33,362 nt of DNA from Chiloscyllium plagiosum. Its lineage: Eukaryota. Below are positions 22,070-33,010 of the stretch, piece by piece. Location of the stretch: contig NW_025213468.1 in the NCBI RefSeq assembly GCF_004010195.1, positions 1 through 33,362 of the forward strand. The letters are read 5' to 3'. Below the pieces are notes generated by a model. The model was not told where the DNA came from. It was given only the letters and a program-made list of their open reading frames with translations, and searched no databases. Position 1 is the first letter of the stretch, and each line of letters starts with the position of its first letter. A program made the position numbers and the translations under genes.

Positions 22070-23492
22070 GCAAAGTTAAAAATCACACAACTCCAGGTTA
22101 TAGTCCAACAGGTTTAATTGGAAGCACTAGCTTTCGGAGCGACGCTCCTTCATCAGGTGGTAGTGGAGGGCTCGATCGTAACACAGAATTTATAGCAAAA
22201 AATTGCAGTGTGATGTAACTGAAATTATACATTGAAAAATTGATTGTCTGTTAAGCCTTTCATCTGTTAGAATGNNNNNNNNNNNNNNNNNNNNNNNNNN
22301 NNNNNNNNNNNNNNNNNNNNNNNNNNNNNNNNNNNNNNNNNNNNNNNNNNNNNNNNNNNNNNNNNNNNNNNNNNNNNNNNNNNNNNNNNNNNNNNNNNNN
22401 NNNNNNNNNNNNNNNNNNNNNNNNNNNNNNNNNNNNNNNNNNNNNNNNNNNNNNNNNNNNNNNNNNNNNNNNNNNNNNNNNNNNNNNNNNNNNNNNNNNN
22501 NNNNNNNNNNNNNNNNNNNNNNNNNNNNNNNNNNNNNNNNNNNNNNNNNNNNNNNNNNNNNNNNNNNNNNNNNNNNNNNNNNNNNNNNNNNNNNNNNNNN
22601 NNNNNNNNNNNNNNNNNNNNNNNNNNNNNNNNNNNNNNNNNNNNNNNNNNNNNNNNNNNNNNNNNNNNNNNNNNNNNNNNNNNNNNNNNNNNNNNNNNNN
22701 NNNNNNNNNNNNNNNNNNNNNNNNNNNNNNNNNNNNNNNNNNNNNNNNNNNNNNNNNNNNNNNNNNNNNNNNNNNNNNNNNNNNNNNNNNNNNNNNNNNN
22801 NNNNNNNNNNNNNNNNNNNNNNNNNNNNNNNNNNNNNNNNNNNNNNNNNNNNNNNNNNNNNNNNNNNNNNNNNNNNNNNNNNNNNNNNNNNNNNNNNNNN
22901 NNNNNNNNNNNNNNNNNNNNNNNNNNNNNNNNNNNNNNNNNNNNNNNNNNNNNNNNNNNNNNNNNCAGCGTCCACCGTGACAGGATTGTATGGAGTTGTC
23001 CTGAGAGCCGGGCAGCTTACTACGAACAATGATCTGTTTGAGGTTTGGCGGTTGTTTAAAGGCAAGTAGTGGAGATGTGGGGAAGGTCTTGGTGAGGTGC
23101 TCATCTCCATTGATAATGTGTTGCAGGTCACGAAGAACATGGCGTAATTTTCAGCTCCTGGGAAGTACTGAACAACGGAGGGTACCCTGTCGGTTGCAGC
23201 GTGTGTCTGTCTCCTGAGGAGGTCATTACGGTTCCTTGCTGTGGCACATCGGAACTGGCGGTCAATGAGTTGGGCATCGTACCCCGTTTTTGTGAGGGCA
23301 TCCCTGAGTACTTCCAGGTGTCCGTCATGTTCCTCCTCATCTGAGCAGATCCGGTGTATGCGTAGGGCTTGTCCATAGGGGATAGCTGTTTAAATATGTT
23401 TTGGGTGGAAGCTGGAGAAGTGTAGCATTGTGAGGTTGTCTGTGGGTTTGCGGTAGAGTGTGGTGCTGAGGTGTCCGTCCTTGATGGAGACG
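22070..23492 (-). mobile_element. Penelope-like element, 5'-truncated, spanning a gap
   Basis: Minus strand translates IKDGHLSTTLYRKPTDNLTMLHFSSFHPKHI*TAIPYGQALRIHRICSDEEEHDGHLEVLRDALTKTGY, the PLE reverse-transcriptase thumb region with an in-frame stop. Terminal repeat with hammerhead motif at 22070-22160. Confidence 0.9.
22125..22159 (-). ncRNA. Minimal type-I hammerhead ribozyme motif in a Penelope end
   Basis: Reverse complement reads CAC-CUGAUGA-A-GGAGC-GUC-GCUCC-GAA-AGCU-A-GUG. Confidence 0.7.
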
Positions 23493-24287
23493 CATTAGGA
23501 ACAGTCACTAATTACTTTATTAATTTTTTTTGCTGGTTCTCTCAAAATAGCAGACATCTTTTGCATCAACCATTGCTCAAAAATATTCAGATTTCAAACC
23601 ACTTTAAGTTCAGTTTTTATATTTCTTCCAGGGAATCAAAAATGTGTTTCTTTTTAATTGTCATATTGGAATTCTGTTCATTGTGTCAGTCTTTGAGGAG
23701 AGACGCAGACACAGGGAGAATGTGCAAACTCCACACAGACACTGATGCTACAAACTGGGGAGAATAGCGAGCTGTGGATGCAGAATCGAACCACAAGTTA
23801 TCACTGGAGTGTGCAAATTTCCTAGGATCATGTGGTATTCAGATGCACACATGTTCCACCGAGAACATCTTTCTACAATTTTACTATTGTGCAACCTTTC
23901 AGATTCTAACACGGGGACCTCAATTAGCCTGGCAGCTGTTCTAATTGACTCAAGATTGAAAATAGATGGAGCACCTCAGGCTGTCTGTGGGTTTCTACGG
24001 CCTGCAACTCCTGCACCACCAAGTCCACCCCCCTGAGCAATCGATCAAACGTGGACACAAAGTGGGTGGAGGAATTTGTTACAATTTCCCCTGTCCCTTC
24101 TCCCCTTGCTACATGTGAAGGGCTGGAGTGTTAACATCCAGTTCATTAGTGAGGTTCATGAGTGAGAGGTGATGCAATGGTCCCTCTGCCAGTTCAATCA
24201 CTCACCCTGACCTCCCAAGACAGCACCTCCTACTGCAAGAGGGTGGTATTTCTCTATCTATATCCTCAGTGTTACATTGCCTCTCTG

Positions 24288-24530
24288 GCAAAGTTAAAAA
24301 TCACACAACACCAGGTTATAGCCCAACAGGTTTATTTGGAAGCACTGGCTTTCGGAGCTTTCAGGTTGTAAGACACAGAATTTATAGCAAATCATATACT
24401 CCACAACCACCTGATGAAGGAGCGGGACTCCGAAAGCCAGTGCTTCCAAATAAACATGTTGGACTATAACCTGATGTTGTGTGATTTTTAACTTTATCCA
24501 CCCCAGTCCAACACTGGCAGCTCCACATCA
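24288..24530. mobile_element. Inverted pair of Penelope terminal repeats
   Basis: aaagttaaaaatcacacaacaccaggttatag...ggctttcggag (24289-24357) is mirrored by ctccgaaagccagtgcttcc...gtgatttttaacttt (24428-24495). Confidence 0.85.
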
Positions 24531-24795
24531 ATCTCTGAGCAAAGTTGTTTTGACCCACTGAGCCCCATCTGGTTAATGCATGCTGTCCGCACATCAGTCC
24601 AGTGGTTTAGAAACCCTGCAAATCTAGTTGGACTATAACCTGATGTTGTGTGATTTTTAACTTTATCCACCCCAGTCCAACACCGGCAGCTCCACATCAA
24701 TCTCTGAGCAAAGTTATTTTGACCCACTGAGCCCCATCTGGTTAATGCATGCTGTCCGCACATCAGTCCAGTGGTTTAGAAACCCTGCAAATCTA
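24458..24795. repeat. 169-bp tandem duplication
   Basis: 24458-24626 repeats at 24627-24795; I see two substitutions between the copies. Confidence 0.93.
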
Positions 24796-25249
24796 GTTCC
24801 TTCAAACGGCCATCCCTGTGCAAACATTAGTTGCAGTGCGGGAGGCAAGTTCAAATTATTACCGCTGTCTACGGTCTCCCTCATAGCCCTCCCACCCTAC
24901 CCAGTATCCTTGGTCCCAAAACCTTCCATCTACCATCACCCCTCCCCACCCACACGCCCCCAACCCACCGGCCAATCCTTGTACCGTGTTTATGGGAAAC
25001 GCTTTCCTCTCCTTATCTAAACTTTCACAATCTCAAACACCTCCAAAAGATCTCACTTCACTCCAAGACCAAATTCTCTGCCCGATCCATGGACGCAAAC
25101 CCTTAATTTCTTAAAATTCCCGCACGGGGACGTAGCAATCAGTGACAAGGCCAACATATGTTGCCCATTCCCTATTGAACCCAGTACCTCAGAGCGTGTG
25201 GTTAACATTCACAAAAGGCTGGTCTAGGTAGCATCTTCATAATGTGGGA

Positions 25250-25513
25250 TCAAGCCAATCAGCCCATTGAGTCCACACTGGCCATCCGAACAGCATCCTA
25301 CCCCATCCCTGTAACCCTGCGGCTAACCCGCACGTGCCTGGAGACTTACTGCAGCCTATTCACCCTAACCTGCACAGCTTTGTGATTGTGGGATGAAACC
25401 CACACAGACACAGGGAGAACGTGTAAACTCCACACAGACAGTCACCCGAGGCTGGAATTGAATCCCTGGCACTGTGAGGCAGCAGTGCTAACCAATGAGC
25501 CACCCTGCCACCC
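25250..25513 (-). mobile_element. HE1-like SINE, diverged
   Basis: aaactccacacagacagtcacccgaggctggaattgaa...tgtgaggcagcagtgctaacc. Confidence 0.85.
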
Positions 25514-25949
25514 CAAACAACAGCAGCTATTTTAAAAGGCATTAGCCAACCCAATGAGCTTTTACGACAATCGCTGATAACTAACCCTGTTGCTGGAAAC
25601 AGATTTCAAGGCCGGATTTTTAAAAAATTCAATTTAGGTTCCACCGTGGTGGGATACATTCACTTGGCCCCACATCTTTAGCTTGGAACTCTTGGATACC
25701 TATCCTCAGTTAGGTACCATTCCCTACACCTACCAGATCTTGGGCTGCTCTTTCATTACAGAGTGAGAGAGAGAGAGAAAGGGAGAAAGGATTGGTGGTG
25801 GTTTAACCTGAGGGTCCTCACAACTCGGGCGAGGATGAGAAACTGAGTCCTTTGTGGTAACCGGTATGGGGATTGACCCCACGTTGTTAGCATCATTAAT
25901 CAGCCATCCAAACCAACTGACCACCCCCTCCGCCCCACCACTCTCTCAG

Positions 25950-26445
25950 GGACAGTAAGGACTGCAGATGCTGGAAACCAGGGACAATCAATCTGAAACT
26001 GGAAAGGCACAGCAGGTCAGACAGCATCCGAAAAGCAGGAAGGGCAAAACGTTGTTACCACAGAAGGCCATGGAGGCCAGGTCATTGAGTGCAGATAGAT
26101 AGGTTCTTGAGTATCAAGGGTTACAGGGAGAAAGCCAGGAGAATGGGGTTGAGAAACATAACAACTAGGCAGAAGTAGGCAGATGCTGGAGATTAGAGTC
26201 CAGATGAGAGTGGTGCTGGAAAAACACAGCAGGTCAGGCAGCATCCAGGGAGCAGGAAAATCGACATTTTGGGCAAAAGCCTTTCATCAGGAATGAGCTC
26301 ATTTCCTGCTCCCCGGATGCTGCCTGACCTGCTGTGCTTTTCCAGCACCACTCTAACCTTGAGAAACACATCAGCCATGGTTGTGAATGGCGGAGTAGAC
26401 TCAATGGGCTGAATGGCCTAATTTCTGTTCCTATGTCTTATGTGC
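25950..26445. mobile_element. Nested Penelope-end fragments and a plus-strand CR1 3' end
   Basis: actgcagatgctgga...cagcaggtcagacagcatcc, then a CR1 tail (26060-26158 continuing at 26359-26440) interrupted by a fold-back insert. Confidence 0.7.
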
Positions 26446-26471
26446 TTTTCCACTTTCTCTTGATCCACTAC

Positions 26472-26506
26472 CACCTGATGAAGGAGCAGCGCTCCGAAAG
26501 CTAGTG
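26472..26506 (+). ncRNA. Minimal type-I hammerhead ribozyme motif in a Penelope end (element end extends to about 26588)
   Basis: CAC-CUGAUGA-A-GGAGC-AGC-GCUCC-GAA-AGCU-A-GUG. Confidence 0.7.
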
Positions 26507-27046
26507 CTTCCAGTTAAACCTGTTGGACTATAACCTGGTGTTGTGTGATTTTTAACTTTGTCCACACCAGTCCAACACCGGCATCTCCGAATCAATCTTC
26601 CCTGGTCACTGCCAACATGGGGGTGTGAGGAATAATCAAGCTTGGGGTGGTGGAGAGGTGGTGAGGGAAGAAATACGCTCAATGTGTTGATTTATTTTTT
26701 TAACAGGTTTTAAGATAAAATTATGACGAGCGAGTTTGCCGGCCTCTGGCTCTGACAGGAGGTACAAATAGCAAGAAATTATCAGGAAAGGAGCTCTCCA
26801 CAGCTCCTGCCTTCCCTGCCTGCCTTAAACCACCATGCTAACCAATGTTACCATTCAGGCCCTTCAGCAGTGACAGGGTTAAACCCTAGAGTCCATGGAT
26901 CTTTCTGGATTCAAACCCAAAGACATTCTGACAGTGGCAGGCTGCATGTAGACCATTTCCCTGTCTCGCACTGACATCTAGAGGTTGGAAGCGAAAGTGC
27001 AGCATTGTGTCTGTTCCCAAGAGGCAGTGAGAGTGTGGTGAGGGGG

Positions 27047-27590
27047 AATCATAGAGTCAAAGCGACGCACAGCACAGAAACAGACCCTTCGGACCAACCC
27101 GTCCATGCCGACCAGTTATCCCAACCCAATCTAATCCCACCTGCCAGCACCCGGCCCATATCCCTCCAAACCCTTCCTATTCATATACCCATTCAAATGC
27201 CTCTTAAATGTTGCAATTGTACCAGCCTCCACCACTTCCTCTGGCAGCTCATTCCATACACGTACCACCCTCTGGGTGAAAAGNNNNNNNNNNNNNNNNN
27301 NNNNNNNNNNNNNNNNNNNNNNNNNNNNNNNNNNNNNNNNNNNNNNNNNNNNNNNNNNNNNNNNNNNNNNNNNNNNNNNNNNNAGGAGACCAGAATTGCA
27401 TGCAATATTCCAACAGTGGCCTAACCAATGTCCTGTACAGCCGCAACATGACCTCCCAACTCCTTTACTCAATACTCTGACCAATAAAGGAAAGCATACC
27501 AAACACTGCCTTCACTATCCTATCTACCTGCAACTCCACTTTCAAGGAGCTATGAACCTGCACTCCAAGGTCTCTTTGTTCAGCAACATT
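27047..27590 (-). mobile_element. CR1-type LINE 3' fragment spanning a 100-N gap
   Basis: MLRLYRTLVRPLLEYCMQFWSP on one side of the gap and FTQRVVRVWNELPEEVVEAGTIATFKRHL on the other, in collinear order. Confidence 0.93.
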
Positions 27591-27741
27591 CCTTATGAAA
27601 TTCCCATTACTGTTTTATCTGCCGTTGCATTGTTTTGGAATGTTTGGGAAGTCACGGCAGGTTGAGGGCAGAGGTATGAGGTGACGATAAAAACCCAAGG
27701 GCGAGGGAGGCCAGCGGGTTTCCGTTGCTCGTCAATCACAA

Positions 27742-27780
27742 TTCTGGGAATTTTCCAGAACCTTCCGTTGAGGAAGGTTC
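27742..27780. promoter_or_regulatory. Candidate heat-shock element overlapping GAS-like and kappaB-like motifs
   Basis: GAAttTTCcaGAAccTTC (27748-27765), TTCTGGGAA (27742-27750), GGGAATTTTCC (27746-27756), GAAggTTC (27773-27780). Motif match only. Confidence 0.45.
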
Positions 27781-28179
27781 TCAATGAGCTGACGGAGCTG
27801 TACTGTGCTTGATTGTCAGAGATGTGGAGCTAAACTCTTTTACCAGAAATGGACAAAGTGCCAAATGTTGGAGGCTTTCTCAATCTCCCTCTCCACCACC
27901 TTCCCAAACCCGTCATAGTACCCACGGCACCCCACTTGCCATAAACCCTCCCACTCACCATTTTCGGGAGACCGGGCACCAGCGGGTCCGTGATTCAGAG
28001 GGACTCCAACAGTGTTGGTTCAATCCCCACACCAGCTGAGGTTACCATGAAAGAGTCTATTTCTCACTGCCTGAGGCATACCGACCCTCAGTTGTAACAC
28101 TATCAATCGTCTCTCTCTCTGTTGTAAGAGAGCAGTCCCATGATCTGGTGAGAATATGATGACTTTGCCATTTACCTAC

Positions 28180-28975
28180 AGGGTGGAACGATGGCTCAGT
28201 AGTTAGCACTGCTGCCTCAGAGCACCAGGGACCCAGGTTCAATCCCATCACTCAGGTGAGTGGTGGAGACTGGTACAATTACAGCATTTAAAAGGCATCT
28301 GGATGAGTATATGAATAGGAAGGGTTTATAGGCTAAGTGCTGGCAGATGGGACTAGATTAGGTTGGGATATCTGGTCAGCATGGACGAGTTGGACCAAAG
28401 GGTCTGTTTCTGTGCTTAGATTCCCCAGAGTGTGGAAACAGGCCCTTCGGCCCAACAAGTCCACACTGACCCTCTTTTTACCCCTGACTAATGCTCTGAA
28501 CACTATGGGCATTTTAACATGGCCAATCCACCCTAACCTGCACATCCCTGGACACTATGGGCATTCTAGCGTGGCCAATCCACCCTAACCTGCCCATCTT
28601 TGGATTGTGGGAGGAAGCTGGAGCACCCGGAGGAAACCCGCGCGGGCAGTCAGCCAAGACTGGATTCAAACCTGGGTCCCTGGCACTGGGAGGAAGCAGT
28701 GCTAACCACTGAGCCACCGTGTGCTGTCTGTGTGGAATTTGCACATTCTCCCCGTGTCTCTGTGGGTTTCCTCCGGGTGCTCTGGTTTCTGCCCACTGTC
28801 CAAAGATGTGCAGGTTAGGGTGGATTGACCATGCTAAATTGCCCATAGTGTCCTGGGATGTGCAGGTTAGGGTGGGTGAGCCATGGGAATGCAGAGTTAC
28901 AGGGATGCGGGGGCTGGATCCGGGTGTGATCCTCTTTAGAGGGTCAGTGCAGATGGGCTGAATAGCCTACACCTG
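28180..28975. mobile_element. Cluster: SINE head (+, 28180-28250), CR1 3' end (+, 28254-28416), SINE (-, 28417-28720), headless SINE body (+, 28724-28975)
   Basis: Each piece matches other copies in this window. Confidence 0.85.
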
Positions 28976-29182
28976 TGGTGTTGTGGAAGGTTAAAGCACC
29001 ACCCAGTCATCTCTCTCTATAACGAGAGAGAGTGGCACAGTGGTGACGTTATCGTTTATTGCAGAGTTGAGCCCACGACTTGATGAGCAGCAGGTGCTTT
29101 TGTTATTTTAAAATATCTCTGCAACCACAAAATGTCTGCCCTCATGCTTCTAGCTCAGCCTTCTCGCACTATCTATTGGGTC

Positions 29183-29832
29183 AAAGAGAACAAAGAACAA
29201 CGAAAATTTACAGCCCAGGAACAGGCCCTTCGGCCCTCCAAGCCTCAGCTGATCCAAACGTACTGTCTAAACCTGTCGCCCAATTCCTAAGTATCTGTAT
29301 CCCTCTGCTCCCCACCTACTCATGCATCTGTCCAGACACATCTGAAATGAACCTACCATGCCTGCCTTTACCACCTCTGCTGGCAACGTGTTCCAGACGC
29401 CCACCATTCTCTGTGTGCCGTGTGTATTCCCCTTAAACTTTCCACCTCTCACCTTGAAAGTGTGACCTCTCGTTATTGAATCCTTCACGCTGGAAAAAAG
29501 CTTGTCTCTACCCACCCTGTCTATACCCTGTATGATTTTGCAAACCTCAATCAGGTCCCCATCAATCTCCTTTTTTCTAATGAAAACAAACCTAACCTAC
29601 TCAACCTCTCTTCATAGCTGGCACCTTCCATACCAGGAAACATCCTCATAAACCTCCTCTGCACCCTCTCCAAAGCGTCCACATCCTTTTGGTAATATGG
29701 CGACCAGAACTGTACACAGTATTCTAAATGCGGCTGAACCGATGTCTTGTACAATGTTAACATGACTTGCCAGCTCTTATACTCAATACCCCGTCCAATG
29801 AAGGCAAGCACACTATATGCTTTCTTGACCAT
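29183..29832 (-). mobile_element. CR1-type LINE 3' fragment, second subfamily
   Basis: ORF KKAYSVLAFIGRGIEYKS...HLEYCVQFWSPYYQKDVDALERVQRRF...YEERLSRLGLFSLEKRRL, with a different tail repeat (agaacaa). Confidence 0.93.
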
Positions 29833-30679
29833 TCGATTGACATCACTCTGAGTTCACACCCAGACCTTACCAATCGAGCATGTGGGTCAGTTACCAGCCT
29901 CTCATAATCACACGCAGAGCAATCGAACAATCGAGCAAGGCAGGAAGAATTAGATCCTCCAAGTTTACAGATCATACTCATGACTAAACTGAGGATTTGA
30001 CAACCCCAGTGCAATCTATGAAGACGTGTTGACATCTAAGACAAGATGGTAAAGACATGATTGTTCTGGTGCACCACCGTAGCTTCATTAAGTTTTATCT
30101 CATACAAAAAGACCTTTTATTCAAATATTCAGTGGCTTAATGCATCATTATCATTGAAATACAAAAACAGGGCACAGGAGACCAACAGGGAAATTAACGA
30201 AATTTCTGTCATTTTGACAATTTCGGTGAGAAATGCAAATTTTATTCAAGAGGCAGAAGCTTTGTCAAATTAACTGTTAAAAAAAAAACAGCATTGAAGT
30301 CAGGAAAAAAAAGTGCATGAATCAAATCATGGGGTGTCCAACTTAAGGTGAAAATAATTCAGCGGTGACCAATGTCACGACAATGTCAAACACATCAATT
30401 AACCTGATTCATCAGAGTCAACTTGAGAAGGATTCTACCCATAGATCGTTTGGAAAGCCTTCCGCCATCTTGGTAAAGGGGTGGCTTCATTCAGCCCGAT
30501 GGAGGGGTCATATTGGTAAAGGAAGGCAAAACTTTACACTGAACAGAGTTTTTAGAGCAGCAGGAGGTTTTGCAGCTTTCGGTTTTTAGACCAGCAGAAA
30601 CAAACTTTACAACCAGCAAAGAATCAACAACAAACTTAGTCAACAACCATGTGATAAGGCAACAAAATGGGAGCCACAC

Positions 30680-31601
30680 AGTGTGAGTGTGTGAATGTGT
30701 GCGTAAGTGTGAGTGTGTTGGTGTGAGTGTGTCAGTGTGTGAGTGTGGGTGTGTCAATATGTGTTGGTGTGTGTATGTGTCAGTGTGTGAGTGTGTCAGT
30801 GTGTGTGTGTCAGTGTGTGAGTGTGTCGGTGTGTGAGTGTGTCAGTGTGTGAGTGTGTCTGTGTGTGAGTGTGTCTGTGTGTGAGCGTGTCAGTGTGTGA
30901 GCGTGTCAGTGTGTGAGTGANNNNNNNNNNNNNNNNNNNNNNNNNNNNNNNNNNNNNNNNNNNNNNNNNNNNNNNNNNNNNNNNNNNNNNNNNNNNNNNN
31001 NNNNNNNNNNNNNNNNNNNNNNNNNNNNNNNNNNNNNNNNNNNNNNNNNNNNNNNNNNNNNNNNNNNNNNNNNNNNNNNNNNNNNNNNNNNNNNNNNNNN
31101 NNNNNNNNNNNNNNNNNNNNNNNNNNNNNNNNNNNNNNNNNNNNNNNNNNNNNNNNNNNNNNNNNNNNNNNNNNNNNNNNNNNNNNNNNNNNNNNNNNNN
31201 NNNNNNNNNNNNNNNNNNNNNNNNNNNNNNNNNNNNNNNNNNNNNNNNNNNNNNNNNNNNNNNNNNNNNNNNNNNNNNNNNNNNNNNNNNNNNNNNNNNN
31301 NNNNNNNNNNNNNNNNNNNNNNNNNNNNNNNNNNNNNNNNNNNNNNNNNNNNNNNNNNNNNNNNNNNNNNNNNNNNNNNNNNNNNNNNNNNNNNNNNNNN
31401 NNNNNNNNNNNNNNNNNNNNNNNNNNNNNNNNNNNNNNNNNNNNNNNNNNNNNNNNNNNNNNNNNNNNNNNNNNNNNNGTGCGTCAGTGTATGAGTGTGT
31501 CAGTGTGTCATTATGTGAGTCTATCCGTGTGTAAGTGTGTCAGTGTGTGGGTGTGTCAGTGTGTGGGTGTGTCAGTGTGTCAGTGTGTCGGTGTGAGTGT
31601 G
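30680..31601. repeat. Degenerate (GT)-rich array (gtgtgtgagtgtgtca) spanning a gap
   Basis: Visible on both sides of the gap. Confidence 0.93.
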
Positions 31602-32679
31602 TTTTTATTGGTGTGGGAGCCTTACATCAACTCAGTAACTGCCAGTGAGTGTTGGTCAGTGACCGGGCGTGATAACTGTACTCTCTGATCCAATGGAAGC
31701 CAGCAGAGCTCACTCTGAGTGTACCACTGCCTGACCATAGATTGTCCATGTCCATAGATTGACTTTGATGATGCTGGTGTTGGACAGGGATGGACAAAGT
31801 CAGAAACACACACGCCAGGTCAGGTAAAGACCAGGGAGGAGAGCTCTGAAAGCTTGTGATTTTAAATACAGCTGTTGGACCGTGATGTGGACTCTTGACA
31901 TTGATGAATCAAGACAGAGATTTGGGTGGAGCTGTGTGGAGGAGTAGGTAAGATAGGACAACATTGACAGTGAATATCTAAAGAGGAGCAACTGAGGGAA
32001 TGCTTGCGAACATATATAAACATGACTCAATGTTTATGGTAAGGGATGGGGGGGGGGGGGGTAGAAGCTTGGGGAGACAAGGGCTTTAGGATCCTGCCCA
32101 ACATTGCAATGCTGCCGTGGAGCTGCTTCCCACTGGTTGTAAATAGCACAGTGTGGGCGGAGTTGACCAGTTAGAGCAAAGATGGAGAATCTTCCAAACC
32201 AATCCCCCAGCAATGTAACAATAAGCTCAGGACCCAACCTCTTAGATGACTGTGCACATTGCATTAAAATGCGGTGAATAGAGTCACACAGACAACAAAA
32301 CAGATAGACAGTTCCTTCCTTCCTTTGCTTTCTCCTCAACCAACCCATCTGGGACCCAAACCCTTGGGGTGTGACCGTAAAAAAACATGAACGGAGAAAT
32401 CTAACTCTTGGATTCGTGTGTGGGTGCTGATTGAACTTGGAAGTGTCATGTGGGCAGAGATGGAGGAGTGGTGGGGAAATAGAGGGGGCTATGAGGCATC
32501 CCCTGATGAGGCAGCCTCCTGGCTTTGAGCTGCCATAGCAGCCCTGGAGAGCAGCGCTCTGGCTTAAAGGTTGACTGTCACATCGCCTGGTTCCTTCTCT
32601 GTCCACCCCTCCACCCCTGGAGTCAGTCCCCTCATCAAACGTTGACCCCCGTCCTACATCTGGTCAATGGTCACACAGC

Positions 32680-32752
32680 CTGCAGATACATGCTTCTGCC
32701 ACCAGATGGCGTGCTCTGTGCGCCATCTAGTGGCAAAGAAGCTCAACTGCAG
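32680..32752. promoter_or_regulatory. Two convergent CTCF-like sites, each with an upstream TGCAG module
   Basis: Plus strand: CTGCAG-13 nt-CCACCAGATGGCG. Minus strand: CTGCAG-13 nt-CCACTAGATGGCGC. Confidence 0.7.
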
Positions 32753-32824
32753 GCATTAGAAATTTTGGGGAAAGGAGGGGGAGGGGGGAGGGGGGAGGTG
32801 AGGCCTTGCAGAACAAAATAAATA

Positions 32825-33010
32825 GGATGAGTCTTGTGGTGCGGTGGTAGTGCCCCTGCCTCTGAGCCAGGAGACCCAGATTCAAGTACCAACCACCCCA
32901 AAGGCATCGCTGAACGGGTAGATTAGACAGTCATTGAATTAAAAAGGGGGCAGGTGCTGTGGTAGTGTCCTTACCTCAAAGCCAGGGGATCCAGGTTCAA
33001 GTCTCATCTG
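32825..33010 (+). mobile_element. Two degenerate tRNA-derived SINE heads
   Basis: gtggtagtg(c/t)cc...cctc..agccagg.ga.cca.(a/g)ttcaagt occurs twice; a related piece lies at 16438-16465. Confidence 0.55.

Noticed and set aside
24150..24190. RGDAMV peptide resembling the missing PSME2 exon (ERGDAVA)
   Set aside because: In-frame stop just upstream, no acceptor, and no similarity beyond four residues.
7142..31534. ORFs made mostly of X residues
   Set aside because: They run through N gaps at 7264-7955, 22275-22965, 27284-27383 and 30921-31478.
32034..32606. 190-aa minus-strand ORF (also 16330-16851)
   Set aside because: No recognisable domain or splice-supported structure; consistent with chance ORFs.
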